Part shown: positions 11,301 through 20,800 of the stretch, piece after piece
Position numbering within the stretch: position 1 is the stretch's first letter
Layout of the letters: every line of letters starts with the position of its first letter
Assembly (NCBI GenBank): GCA_900617105.1
Contig: UYFQ01000806.1
Location: 62,001 to 88,630 of the forward strand
Reading direction: 5' to 3'
DNA length: 26,630 bases
Source of the DNA: Hydrurus foetidus
Taxonomy: Eukaryota
Notes under the pieces: generated by a model
Databases searched by the model: none
The model's input: only the letters and a program-made list of their open reading frames with translations
What the model was told of the DNA's origin: nothing
Program-made: the position numbers and the translations under genes

Positions 11301-12499
11301 CCAATCATGGGGGGAACTATAATCGAGGTCCCACCAACAAACCGCGATACGGTTCTGGTGGACAAAACACCACGTTGGCTAACAACACCTCCATCAACGC
11401 AACCCACAGTGGTCTACCGCCCGCAGCCGCATATGATGGTACGTTACCTCATGTTACGGTGGTGGAGTCATTGGTAGTGGCGATGCATGCTGCTAGCACA
11501 TGTAACCCTACCGATACACCACCACCTTTATGTATACTCAACTCTGATATACTCGTAACTAATACATTGGAGGTCTCAACCCCCTCCAATATTATATCGG
11601 ATAACACTAACAATGTTCTTCCCACATGTCTTCACGTGTTACAGCCACTCCATACCTCCCTGCCTCTAATCTCGGAGGTGCTGGCGGCATACCATAACCA
11701 GACCGACATGTCGGAAATACCGCTCATAGGTACGTTACCGTCTGACTCACTTGTAGCAGCGGTACACTCAACACATCCTAATGAACTTCTTTCATTATTG
11801 GTGTTCAAGGATGAACGAAGAACCTTGCAGGGACACGCCCCCACCACAGCCGAGTCAGCACCCCAGTCCACGGGACGTAGTCTTACAGCGCACGCGCTCC
11901 TAGACACGGGTAGCATGGCCGGCGATTTTGTTTCCAAATCACTGCTTGTCTCACTTGATGCACTTGCTCAGTGTTATGTGTCTTCGACCGCACTTAACGT
12001 TTGTAGCGGTCTTGATGGCACTTGTTATAGGTGTAATACCTTAGTCGATTTAGGCCTTACTTTTTTCGATGATAGTAATATTAAGCACACTATCTATATC
12101 ACTTTTAGTGTTAATCCTTTTGCACAATTGGATCTGATCATCGGACGCAAGTCCCTGAATCAACACAACTTGTTTGTGCTGACGCCGAAACGTATGGGCT
12201 TTGACCCTACGTTAATCGAAACGTCACCCAGCCCAGATGACATCGGTCTACTTCCCTTAAGGGCAGAGTCCGACATCGGTACAGATTCACATACCGACGT
12301 CTGTTGTCATCATAGTGACGCTGTCGGATCGCGTAGTCCTTGTACACAGTGTCGCCTAATTACCGACACTGCTGACAATGGAGACGAAGGTCACTCGAGC
12401 ACCCACCGTATTCCAACAGTGGGAGAAGAGTGGGGTCCATCTGCGCTATGGACGGGCAGTGGTCTTAACCGCCCCCTTCTGAGACCGGGACGAGAGTGA
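8381..12499 (+). CDS. gag: Gag-protease polyprotein (1372-aa ORF)
   Basis: CCHC knuckle CNSCGHMDHLLKNC at 11024-11065, aspartic protease ALLDTGS near 11900 with downstream DLIIGR, and a long D/N/R-rich N-terminal region. Confidence 0.9.
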   Translation: MPLSDDSSEISPSLAELTTQLIPAATTVSKTQSTPTPPTAVAASDGTDRPVFPVTILGPTNSSNQAPPNRHNDDNDDEIQTTRQYDNVTLRSSDANRQQTRHNGNPDRDDDDDDTNPRRRVDSPPQRYLRRQGLDSYDNSTRRNNLVDGDATGDDSPTHNQQSGSEDGGDGNRYDNRQRHESNQRQYNDDNRNNNDYRRSNDDNQGHNDNRRNYDDSNPPRDNRNTGPSYGTEHRNDNRYDNDGRQYNDDRRNDNQRQSDNRRYNDNYRQNDDNHDYDNDGRRGYDTPFNDDNRRQYDDRRNIDNRRNDDNPRQNDGRRDHDYRQQDDNPNRDNRRDTFQRHNDNPQRDNRNYEDSRRNDNPNRGNYSTNNRGFDSFRDDNNDSFRQGDNNPNRRSRREPPQGYDDSPPRDYPQGDNRRQQDTSNRGNRNTDGRQYNDNQYEDERATPRATVRVTDNPRLLESRDTRIPENVETITRTADAPRKRASPPQEGPTSRKRQASPPGSPERPTYVRTFTGDTDYNPQPQRVIQEIPREIRVPNPLPLDPPDIVILPATARIIDYEQQTAAFRAAGGGPDPNAAHPVRPPIPRYIHDRTSPINVPAVQFATPNAAPTALVVGGRAVDDGSRPISAIALQTVLYVLNVNASGIIGQEAAREFFEHSQRWTNNYDVGQVISTKAVRCIDDQIHTDQDYPYAEETRKMWLQTLTVPQVAQLVLRYFRADTQLGQSLAEHFSEVHLAFCYNKREIEMRCMTQFREVVENHVQVHGPLSTSDHAALTLIFEKKMPLNGAITAKYKEHKRVNPHDVDDWEFAMRRFFSQVNAVRQLQLHVAAFGDPNDIYCHPATQNPYGLSLTTNPKTLLVGAALPALPPLALPTTPLRQCNSCGHMDHLLKNCPHMWMVDSNTNHNVPWEHSNMGRTWAQYGHATYPINDRIPGLGRFKIHIPRRETNFTDEVLNKTQPPGGGQKKKYQGNPNHGGNYNRGPTNKPRYGSGGQNTTLANNTSINATHSGLPPAAAYDGTLPHVTVVESLVVAMHAASTCNPTDTPPPLCILNSDILVTNTLEVSTPSNIISDNTNNVLPTCLHVLQPLHTSLPLISEVLAAYHNQTDMSEIPLIGTLPSDSLVAAVHSTHPNELLSLLVFKDERRTLQGHAPTTAESAPQSTGRSLTAHALLDTGSMAGDFVSKSLLVSLDALAQCYVSSTALNVCSGLDGTCYRCNTLVDLGLTFFDDSNIKHTIYITFSVNPFAQLDLIIGRKSLNQHNLFVLTPKRMGFDPTLIETSPSPDDIGLLPLRAESDIGTDSHTDVCCHHSDAVGSRSPCTQCRLITDTADNGDEGHSSTHRIPTVGEEWGPSALWTGSGLNRPLLRPGRE

Positions 12500-15400
12500 A
12501 CACAGTAACACTTAACGCCGCGAGCGTGTTGCCGTGCGGAATCAATCTCAATGGAGATGAGATTGATGATGACAAAACGGATGCGTTCGGTCCGTTTCTT
12601 TCTGCATTGATGAAAGACCCTACCCCAACAGGTAGGGCGAACGACGTCATCTCGACAATCACCTTTGGTGGGTCGGAAGCTCTGCAAACAGCATGCAGAG
12701 CATTATGTACCGAATTTATTGACATCTTTCAAGATGAGGTGGCCCGTGAACCGGCCCGTATACCTCCTTTTGATATTGATCATAAGGCGGCACAATGGGA
12801 AGTACCTGGTAACAGGACCCCGCTCCGCCCACAATCCTCACAGAAGGAAGAGGCGATTCACAATAACCTTCAGGATCTGATACGGATCGGGGTGGTTGAA
12901 AAGTCTAATGCGGTACTACAGTCACAGTAGTACAGAAGTCACCCGGACAATACCGTGTATGTATAGTAGCAACGTGTCCAGTATGGACAGGCCGTAACCG
13001 CTTCCGGGACGTGAACACTTAACGCCCCCTTCTGGAGATGAGATTGATGACAGATGCCCGATTGATGCACGTACGAACTCATCTCGACAATGGAAGCTCA
13101 TGCATTATGTACGGAATTTATTGACATTCGTGGCTGAACCGATACCGATATTGATCATAAGGCGGCATGTACCTGGTAACAGTCCGCCCACAATCCTCAC
13201 AGCGATTCACTAACCTTCAGGATCTGATACGGATCTCTAATGCACTACAGTCACCCGGTAGTACACCGGACTACCTGTATGTATTGACTTCCGGCCACTT
13301 AATAACTGTACGGAGTCGGCCAGTTGGCCACTCCCAACATTCAGCAATGTTTGAACGCATTGGCGCTCGTCAACCTGACATCTTTGGAGTTATGGACTTA
13401 ACGTCCGGCTACCATCAAGCACCCCTTACGGCATCAGCCAAAATCCTGACTGCATTCATATGCTTCTCTGGAATTTATCAATTCACTCGATTGCCTTTCG
13501 GCCTCAAACGTGCCCCATCATACTTCCAGGAGATGATGGCCACGGTTGTCCTTGCGGGCCTTTTATATGTAACATGTGAGATGTATCTCGATGATTGCAT
13601 TGTATTTGGTAATGGGCCTGACGAGTTTCTGCAGAGACTTCGTGATGTCTTCATCCGTTTTCGAGAAAAGAATTTATTCTTGAAAGCTAAGAAATGTAAG
13701 TTCGGAGTTACACGCCTCGAATACGTCGGACGTGTGATCTCCAAAGAGGGGTTATCTATGTCGGCTGAGAAAATAAAATCTGTTTTAGATTTTCCTCGCC
13801 CTAAAACCGTTACTGCCCTTAGGGGATTTCTCGGTTTGGCGAACTATTTTAGAGGTTTCGTACCAAACCACTCCAACATAGTAGCACCGTTACATAAAAT
13901 GACGGTGTCTACAACTCATAAACATTCCAGAGTAACTTGGAATGCTGAAACCATTAAAGCGTTTCAAGACATTAGGCAGGCAATCTCTCAATGCCCCTGA
14001 TGCACTTCATTGATAATGTATCACCAATACATTTATACACCGACGCATCTGATTATGGTGTAGGTGGTGTATTGTTCCAAAAGTTGGAGATGAAATGAAA
14101 CCCATTTCATTTGTGAGTAAGTCACTCACCTTCTCACAGTTGAACTGGTCAACAATCCAGAAAGAAGCTTATGCTATCTACTTGTGTTGTACAAAACTTG
14201 ATCCACTATTACGTGATCGCAAGTTTACGATTCACACAGATCATAAAAATCTGACGTACATGAAATCCTCCCCTAACTCGATGGTAGGGAGATGGTCCAT
14301 GGCTCTACAAGAGCTCGATTACACAATCGCATACGTGCGAGGGTCTGAGAACACGGTGGCGGACGCTATGTCTCGCCTCTGTGCTAATCTCTCGGACCTT
14401 GTCATCAAGGTTCAACCAGCCACCACTGGCACAGAACCGGATAACTTGCCGGGCCCGTTTTGCGGCGCCCTCAAGGTCATACCAGAAATGACTGATACGC
14501 AGCGCGACGCACTCAACATGTGCCACAACAAGTTTGTTGGACACGGGGGCGTTAAACGCACCGTAGAAAAGCTTTTAGGCTTACCCATTCAGTGGGAACA
14601 CATGGTTCAGCACACCCACTTGTTTATACAACAATGTGCATGCTGCCAGAAGATGAACGCGACACGCGTACCGATACGTGTACACAAGTACGTTACTTCT
14701 GCGTACAAACCTTTCCATGTATTGAACATCGATTTCATCGGACCCTTCCCCGATGCCTCACACGTTCTTGTCATCATCTGTGCTTTTACACGATGGACAG
14801 AACTATTTTGGTGTGCCGATAATACGGCCAAATCGGCTACCGATTGCCTTCTCCAACACTTTGGAAGATACGGTGCACCCCAAATGATCAGATCTGATCG
14901 GGGTTCGCATTTTGCTAACGAATTGATCAAACAATTCCTAGTGTCAACGGGTACACCCACAACCTGACACTAGCATACTCTAAACAAGAGAATGCTATAG
15001 TTGAACGAGTTAATAAAGAAATTAACCGGTACTTACGTTCGTTCCTGTATGATACAAACGACGTGTACCAGTATAAAAACTGCTTACCGTTTATACAGCG
15101 CATTTTGAATTCTTCAATTCACAGCAGTACCAATGCCTCCCCAGCAAGTTTATTGTTTGGTAACCAAATCAATCTTGATTCGGGCATACTTTCACCATTC
15201 CCACAATTACCGGAAGTGGAAACTTCCGCATCAAAAGTGGTCTGTGAGATGTATCACATCCAGGATACCCTGATTGCCCAAGCACAAACTGCTTTGCGCA
15301 CAATGGACGCGGCTCATGTTGCCACAAGTCCACAGGATATAACGGTTTTCCCGTCGGTTCATATGTGTTGGCTAGATACACCACACAACCGCCCACACGG

Positions 15401-15772
15401 TTACACACGTTGTGGCGGGGACCGTTTCAAGTGATATCGATTCACAACTCTGATTATACGTTGTTAGATATAACTACGAAGAAACATAAACATCTTCATA
15501 TTAGTAATCTTAAACAATTTGTTTTCAATCCGAAACATACGGATCCTGCTGATGTAGCACGCCGCGATTATATGGAATTCTTTATCGATTCCATTCTTCA
15601 GCACCAAGGCAATTCCAGACGCAAAACCCAAATGCGGTTTTTAGTCAAATGGACTGACTTTGATGACTCACACAATACGTGGGAGTCGTGGAAGAATCTT
15701 CGTCTTACAGACGCTCTTCACACATATTTACGCCTTCACGGCATGTCGAAAATAATTCCGACAGAAAAGTAA
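12496..15772 (+). pseudogene. pol: Pol (RT, RNase H, integrase, GPF motif, chromodomain), frameshifted as assembled
   Basis: RT: DLTSGYHQ, LPFGL, YLDD (13584). RNase H: TDASDYG, EAYA, TDHKNL, ADAMSR. Integrase: H-H-C-C, IDFIGP, SDRGSHF, ERVN. Also WRGPF and chromodomain FLVKWTDFDDSHNTWES. Single-base frameshifts near 13995, 14080, 14957 and 15351. Confidence 0.93.
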
Positions 15773-16076
15773 GTTCCCAAGGAACGACCTACACATTATC
15801 TTTTGAAGATTCCTCCTCATTTTTACAACGTTACGTTGCTTTTCAGGAGGTTTAGTCAGTAAAAATCTGACATAAATGTGTAGGGGAACACTTAGTTACA
15901 ACACATTCCCACATCTCTCACATGTACAAATATCTGTATGTATCATACGTATTTATTTCTCGATTTTTATTTTTTTTATTTATTTTTTTATTCTTTTTCA
16001 TTACCTTTTTCAGCATTTTTCTTTCTCACAATTGAATCATATTTGTTTTGTTACACACTGTAGCTAGAGACTCACC

Positions 16077-16134
16077 AAAAGAGAGAGAGGGAGAGGGAGA
16101 GAGAAATGAGAAAACGAGAGATAAGTAGGGGTAG
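16077..16134 (+). other. Polypurine tract upstream of the 3' LTR
   Basis: aaaagagagagagggagagggagagagaaatgagaaaacgagagataagtaggggtag abuts the LTR start. Confidence 0.85.
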
Positions 16135-16341
16135 TGTGGCTCCCTCAGGGTCTGCTACCCCATTCAGCCGATTAGATGCTGTTTCCACCTTAGTACCTTC
16201 GTGTTCACAGCCACGACTATCAGTCACTAGCTAGTTTGTTCTGCTTTGCAGAAGTTACTAGCGTACCTTCTGTTGCATCCCTAACTAATTAGCTCCTTTT
16301 AGCCTTTAGACTTCCCTTCTCTTTTGCCTTCCAAGGTCACA
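16135..16341 (+). repeat. 3' LTR (207 bp)
   Basis: Direct repeat of 7434-7640. Confidence 0.96.
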
Positions 16342-16910
16342 GCAGCAACAGCTGTTGTGCCGTAATCACCGAACAAGTCAGTTACATTTGAAACTATCGA
16401 GACTTTCTTTGTTGGGGACAATCCCGAGTTGAATACATAGCCATCGTTTACCATGTCTGAATCCGGTAGGCATCGGTCTAAGTGACCGTTCTTGAAGTCC
16501 ACGTTACCATTACTGAAGAATGTGTACGATGCCTTACAGTCACACTTGTTAGATGTCCTACAATTACGATGAACCAGATTGTGGGAAGGAGTTCCTCTCC
16601 TTGAACAAACACCCCTATAAGCCCTAAGACCTTTTGTAGTTGTGTAAGCACTTTTGGTTGACCACCTTCTCTGATCTTGTATGCTGCACAAGTGCAAAAA
16701 CAATTGATTCAGAGACTTCATTTCGGTATCGCTCATCAAAGTCAACTGACAGCCTTCAAAAATAAGGCATGGAAATCGTGCCAATGAAGTATTGTTTTCT
16801 CTCAGTTCCCTTAAAGCAGAACTGATCTTCTCCTTCGCTTCTTCAAATTGAGATACAATGGTCTGAGCTTTATCAGCCAATACCAATTGAGCATCGAGTT
16901 CTTCTTCCAT
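16342..16910 (-). CDS. MULE transposase, 5' part of exon 1 with a FAR1/WRKY-GCM1-like DNA-binding zinc finger
   Basis: ATG at 16910, 85 bp inside the right TIR. It encodes YRGVCSRRG...RTSNKCDCKA...NGH. Removing the Gypsy element and one TSD joins it in frame to 7429 (...TTAVAA-RKQIELSLIK...). Confidence 0.82.
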
Positions 16911-16995
16911 CACATTATTGCAGCAAATGCTATTTAGTAATGCCTAAAGTGCTTAATGTTTCCAAGAGCAACATAATGGTGGCTGAGGGCTGAGG

Positions 16996-17072
16996 TGATG
17001 ACAACAATTAATGGTGTACTATATCTTGGCCTGGCCTATTGGCCTGGTTCGTTGGCCCGAATACGTATCTCC
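16996..17072 (-). repeat. MULE right terminal inverted repeat (77 bp)
   Basis: Reverse complement of 3458-3534. Confidence 0.95.
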
Positions 17073-17081
17073 GGTACAGAG
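17073..17081. repeat. MULE target-site duplication, right copy (GGTACAGAG)
   Basis: Identical to 3449-3457. Confidence 0.93.
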
Positions 17082-17485
17082 TGGGGCAAGGGGGAATAAT
17101 TTAGTGTAACTATTAACTATGCTTTGCATAACGAACCGACCGTAACTACCGTAGGCTTTGTGATAGTTCCGGTTAAAATTTCTGACTTTTGCATGTTTCA
17201 TTTTTTGTAAAAAAAGTATTTTAAAAATGTGATGTTGAAACCTAGAGTAACACCTCACCTGTGAAAGCTGCACTGGCAGTTCGCGCTGTTTTTGATTCTC
17301 TTATCAAATGATTTCCGATGTAATTTTTTGTCCCTATTTACAATTTAATTAAACTTGCGAACTCCATCCCTATTTGGTAGTCACGAAGCTTGCATTACTC
17401 AACACAATAAATCTAATCTATACTTAACGTAATACTTATACAATAATAATCTCATAATTTCTACAACAAGAATTAATTCATACGA

Positions 17486-17752
17486 TTAAAGAAGTTCATA
17501 AAATGCAAGAGTACTTTCATATAACATTTGCAATCTAATGTCTTCAAGAAGTCTTTGTTTAAGCTTGAAGCCGCTAGATATTTTTGTGGTTATTCTTTCT
17601 AAGGAGCAGCCGGCACCTAAAAAACATTGTTAATATCGGTTGACCTAGACAATGCTACAAAAGTTAATCCATGTTCCTTTTCTGCATCTCCAAGACATAG
17701 AGCAACTGGGCCAGTGATAGTCAATCTCTGACTTTTCGAAACTGTCAATGCC
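17486..17752 (-). pseudogene. Degenerate C-terminal exon of a PIF1-family (SF1B) helicase, probably Helitron-type RepHel
   Basis: Manual translation gives ALTVSKSQRLTITGPVALCLGDAEKEHGLTFVALSRSTDINNVF, then after a 1-base shift in a T run LGAGCSLERITTKISSGFKLKQRLLEDIRLQMLYESTLAFYELL*. This matches PIF1 motif V (A-TIHKSQG-T) and motif VI (G-YVALSR). A 70-bp GT-AG intron (17822-17753) precedes it. Confidence 0.75.
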
Positions 17753-17804
17753 CTAGATAGACAAATTAGAAATTGTATTTTTGGAACAAATTGGAAACAA
17801 ATTG

Positions 17805-20800
17805 GATTTTTGGTATTTTTACCTGCTCTATAGGGGAACTGTGGGAGGCGCGAGAAATCATATTTCTTGTTACTGATCCGCGTCTCATCCCATGGATTGA
17901 CTGCAATGATTATGCATATATAAGATGTTTACAACTGCTGAAACAAGTGGAATCATCGAAATTGCTGTCAAACTGTAGATTTTTGGTATTTTACCTGCTC
18001 TATAGGGGAACTGTGGGAGGCGCGAGAAATCATATTTCTTGTTACTGATCCGCGTCTCATCCCATGGATTGACTGCAATGATTATGCATATATAAGATGT
18101 TTACAACTGCTGAAACAAGTGGAATCATCGAAATTGCTGTCAAACTGTAGATTTTTGGTATTTTTACCTGCTCTATAGGGGAACTGTGGGAGGCGCGAGA
18201 AATCATATTTCTTGTTACTGATCCGCGTCTCATCCCATGGATTGACTGCAATGATTATGCATATATAAGATGTTTACAACTGCTGAAACAAGTGGAATCA
18301 TCGAAATTGCTGTCAAACTGTAGATTTTTGGTATTTTTACCTGCTCTATAGGGGAACTGTGGGAGGCGCGAGAAATCATATTTCTTGTTACTGATCCGCG
18401 TCTCATCCCATGGATTGACTGCAATGATTATGCATATATAAGATGTTTACAACTGCTGAAACAAGTGGAATCATCGAAATTGCTGTCAAACTGTAGATTT
18501 TTGGTATTTTTACCTGCTCTATAGGGAACTGTGGGAGGCGCGAGAAATCATATTTCTTGTTACTGATCCGCGTCTCATCCCATGGATTGACTGCAATGAT
18601 TATGCATATATAAGATGTTTACAACTGCTGAAACAAGTGGAATCATCGAAATTGCTGTCAAACTGTAGATTTTTGGTATTTTTACCTGCTCTATAGGGGA
18701 ACTGTGGGAGGCGCGAGAAATCATATTTCTTGTTACTGATCCGCGTCTCATCCCATGGATTGACTGCAATGATTATGCATATATAAGATGTTTACAACTG
18801 CTGAAACAAGTGGAATCATCGAAATTGCTGTCAAACTGTAGATTTTTGGTATTTTTACCTGCTCTATAGGGGAACTGTGGGAGGCGCGAGAAATCATATT
18901 TCTTGTTACTGATCCGCGTCTCATCCCATGGATTGACTGCAATGATTATGCATATATAAGATGTTTACAACTGCTGAAACAAGTGGAATCATCGAAATTG
19001 CTGTCAAACTGTAGATTTTTGGTATTTTTACCTGCTCTATAGGGGAACTGTGGGAGGCGCGAGAAATCATATTTCTTGTTACTGATCCGCGTCTCATCCC
19101 ATGGATTGACTGCAATGATTATGCATATATAAGATGTTTACAACTGCTGAAACAAGTGGAATCATCGAAATTGCTGTCAAACTGTAGATTTTTGGTATTT
19201 TTACCTGCTCTATAGGGGAACTGTGGGAGGCGCGAGAAATCATATTTCTTGTTACTGATCCGCGTCTCATCCCATGGATTGACTGCAATGATTATGCATA
19301 TATAAGATGTTTACAACTGCTGAAACAAGTGGAATCATCGAAATTGCTGTCAAACTGTAGATTTTGGTATTTTTACCTGCTCTATAGGGGAACTGTGGTA
19401 GGCGCGAGAAATCATATTTCTTGTTACTGATCCGCGTCTCATCCCATGGATTGACTGCAATGATTATGCATATATAAGATGTTTACAACTGCTGAAACAA
19501 GTGGAATCATCGAAATTGCTGTCAAACTGTAGATTTTTGGTATTTTTACCTGCTCTATAGGGGAACTGTGGGAGGCGCGAGAAATCATATTTCTTGTTAC
19601 TGATCCGCGTCTCATCCCATGGATTGACTGCAATGATTATGCATATATAAGATGTTTACAACTGCTGAAACAAGTGGAATCATCGAAATTGCTGTCAAAC
19701 TGTAGATTTTTGGTATTTTTACCTGCTCTATAGGGGAACTGTGGGAGGCGCGAGAAATCATATTTCTTGTTACTGATCCGCGTCTCATCCCATGGATTGA
19801 CTGCAATGATTATGCATATATAAGATGTTTACAACTGCTGAAACAAGTGGAATCATCGAAATTGCTGTCAAACTGTAGATTTTTGGTATTTTTACCTGCT
19901 CTATAGGGGAACTGTGGGAGGCGCGAGAAATCATATTTCTTGTTACTGATCCGCGTCTCATCCCATGGATTGACTGCAATGATTATGCATATATAAGATG
20001 TTTACAACTGCTGAAACAAGTGGAATCATCGAAATTGCTGTCAAACTGTAGATTTTTGGTATTTTTACCTGCTCTATAGGGGAACTGTGGGAGGCGCGAG
20101 AAATCATATTTCTTGTTACTGATCCGCGTCTCATCCCATGGATTGACTGCAATGATTATGCATATATAAGATGTTTACAACTGCTGAAACAAGTGGAATC
20201 ATCGAAATTGCTGTCAAACTGTAGATTTTTGGTATTTTTACCTGCTCTATAGGGGAACTGTGGGAGGCGCGAGAAATCATATTTCTTGTTACTGATCCGC
20301 GTCTCATCCCATGGATTGACTGCAATGATTATGCATATATAAGATGTTTACAACTGCTGAAACAAGTGGAATCATCGAAATTGCTGTCAAACTGTAGATT
20401 TTTGGTATTTTTACCTGCTCTATAGGGGAACTGTGGGAGGCGCGAGAAATCATATTTCTTGTTACTGATCCGCGTCTCATCCCATGGATTGACTGCAATG
20501 ATTATGCATATATAAGATGTTTACAACTGCTGAAACAAGTGGAATCATCGAAATTGCTGTCAAACTGTAGATTTTTGGTATTTTTACCTGCTCTATAGGG
20601 GAACTGTGGGAGGCGCGAGAAATCATATTTCTTGTTACTGATCCGCGTCTCATCCCATGGATTGACTGCAATGATTATGCATATATAAGATGTTTACAAC
20701 TGCTGAAACAAGTGGAATCATCGAAATTGCTGTCAAACTGTAGATTATTGGTATTTTTACCTGCTCTATAGGGGAACTGTGGGAGGCGCGAGAAATCATA

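Larger units (their letters stand above)
7434..16341 (+). mobile_element. Ty3/Gypsy LTR retrotransposon with chromodomain integrase, full length
   Basis: 207-bp TG...CA LTRs, 4-bp TSD GCAG (7430-7433 and 16342-16345), a PPT, and domain order gag-PR-RT-RH-INT-chromo. Confidence 0.96.
3458..17072 (-). mobile_element. Mutator-like (MULE) DNA transposon, complete, interrupted by a nested Gypsy element; about 4.7 kb without the insert
   Basis: 77-bp TIRs starting with GG (2 mismatches), a 9-bp TSD, and an internal MULE-type DDE transposase. Confidence 0.93.

Noticed and set aside
16131..16134. GTAG on the inner side of both LTRs, resembling a second TSD
   Set aside because: One copy is the end of the PPT and the other the start of the leader palindrome. 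The outer GCAG pair is the TSD that restores the transposase frame.
16299..16341. C-terminus VTLEGKREGKSKG of the 204-aa ORF as a standalone gene end
   Set aside because: It is read-through into the antisense LTR; the real frame continues at 7429.
17320..17395. Possible Helitron 3' terminus around actccatccctatttggtagtc
   Set aside because: I found no convincing GC-rich hairpin plus CTRR and no partner end in the window, so it cannot be supported here.
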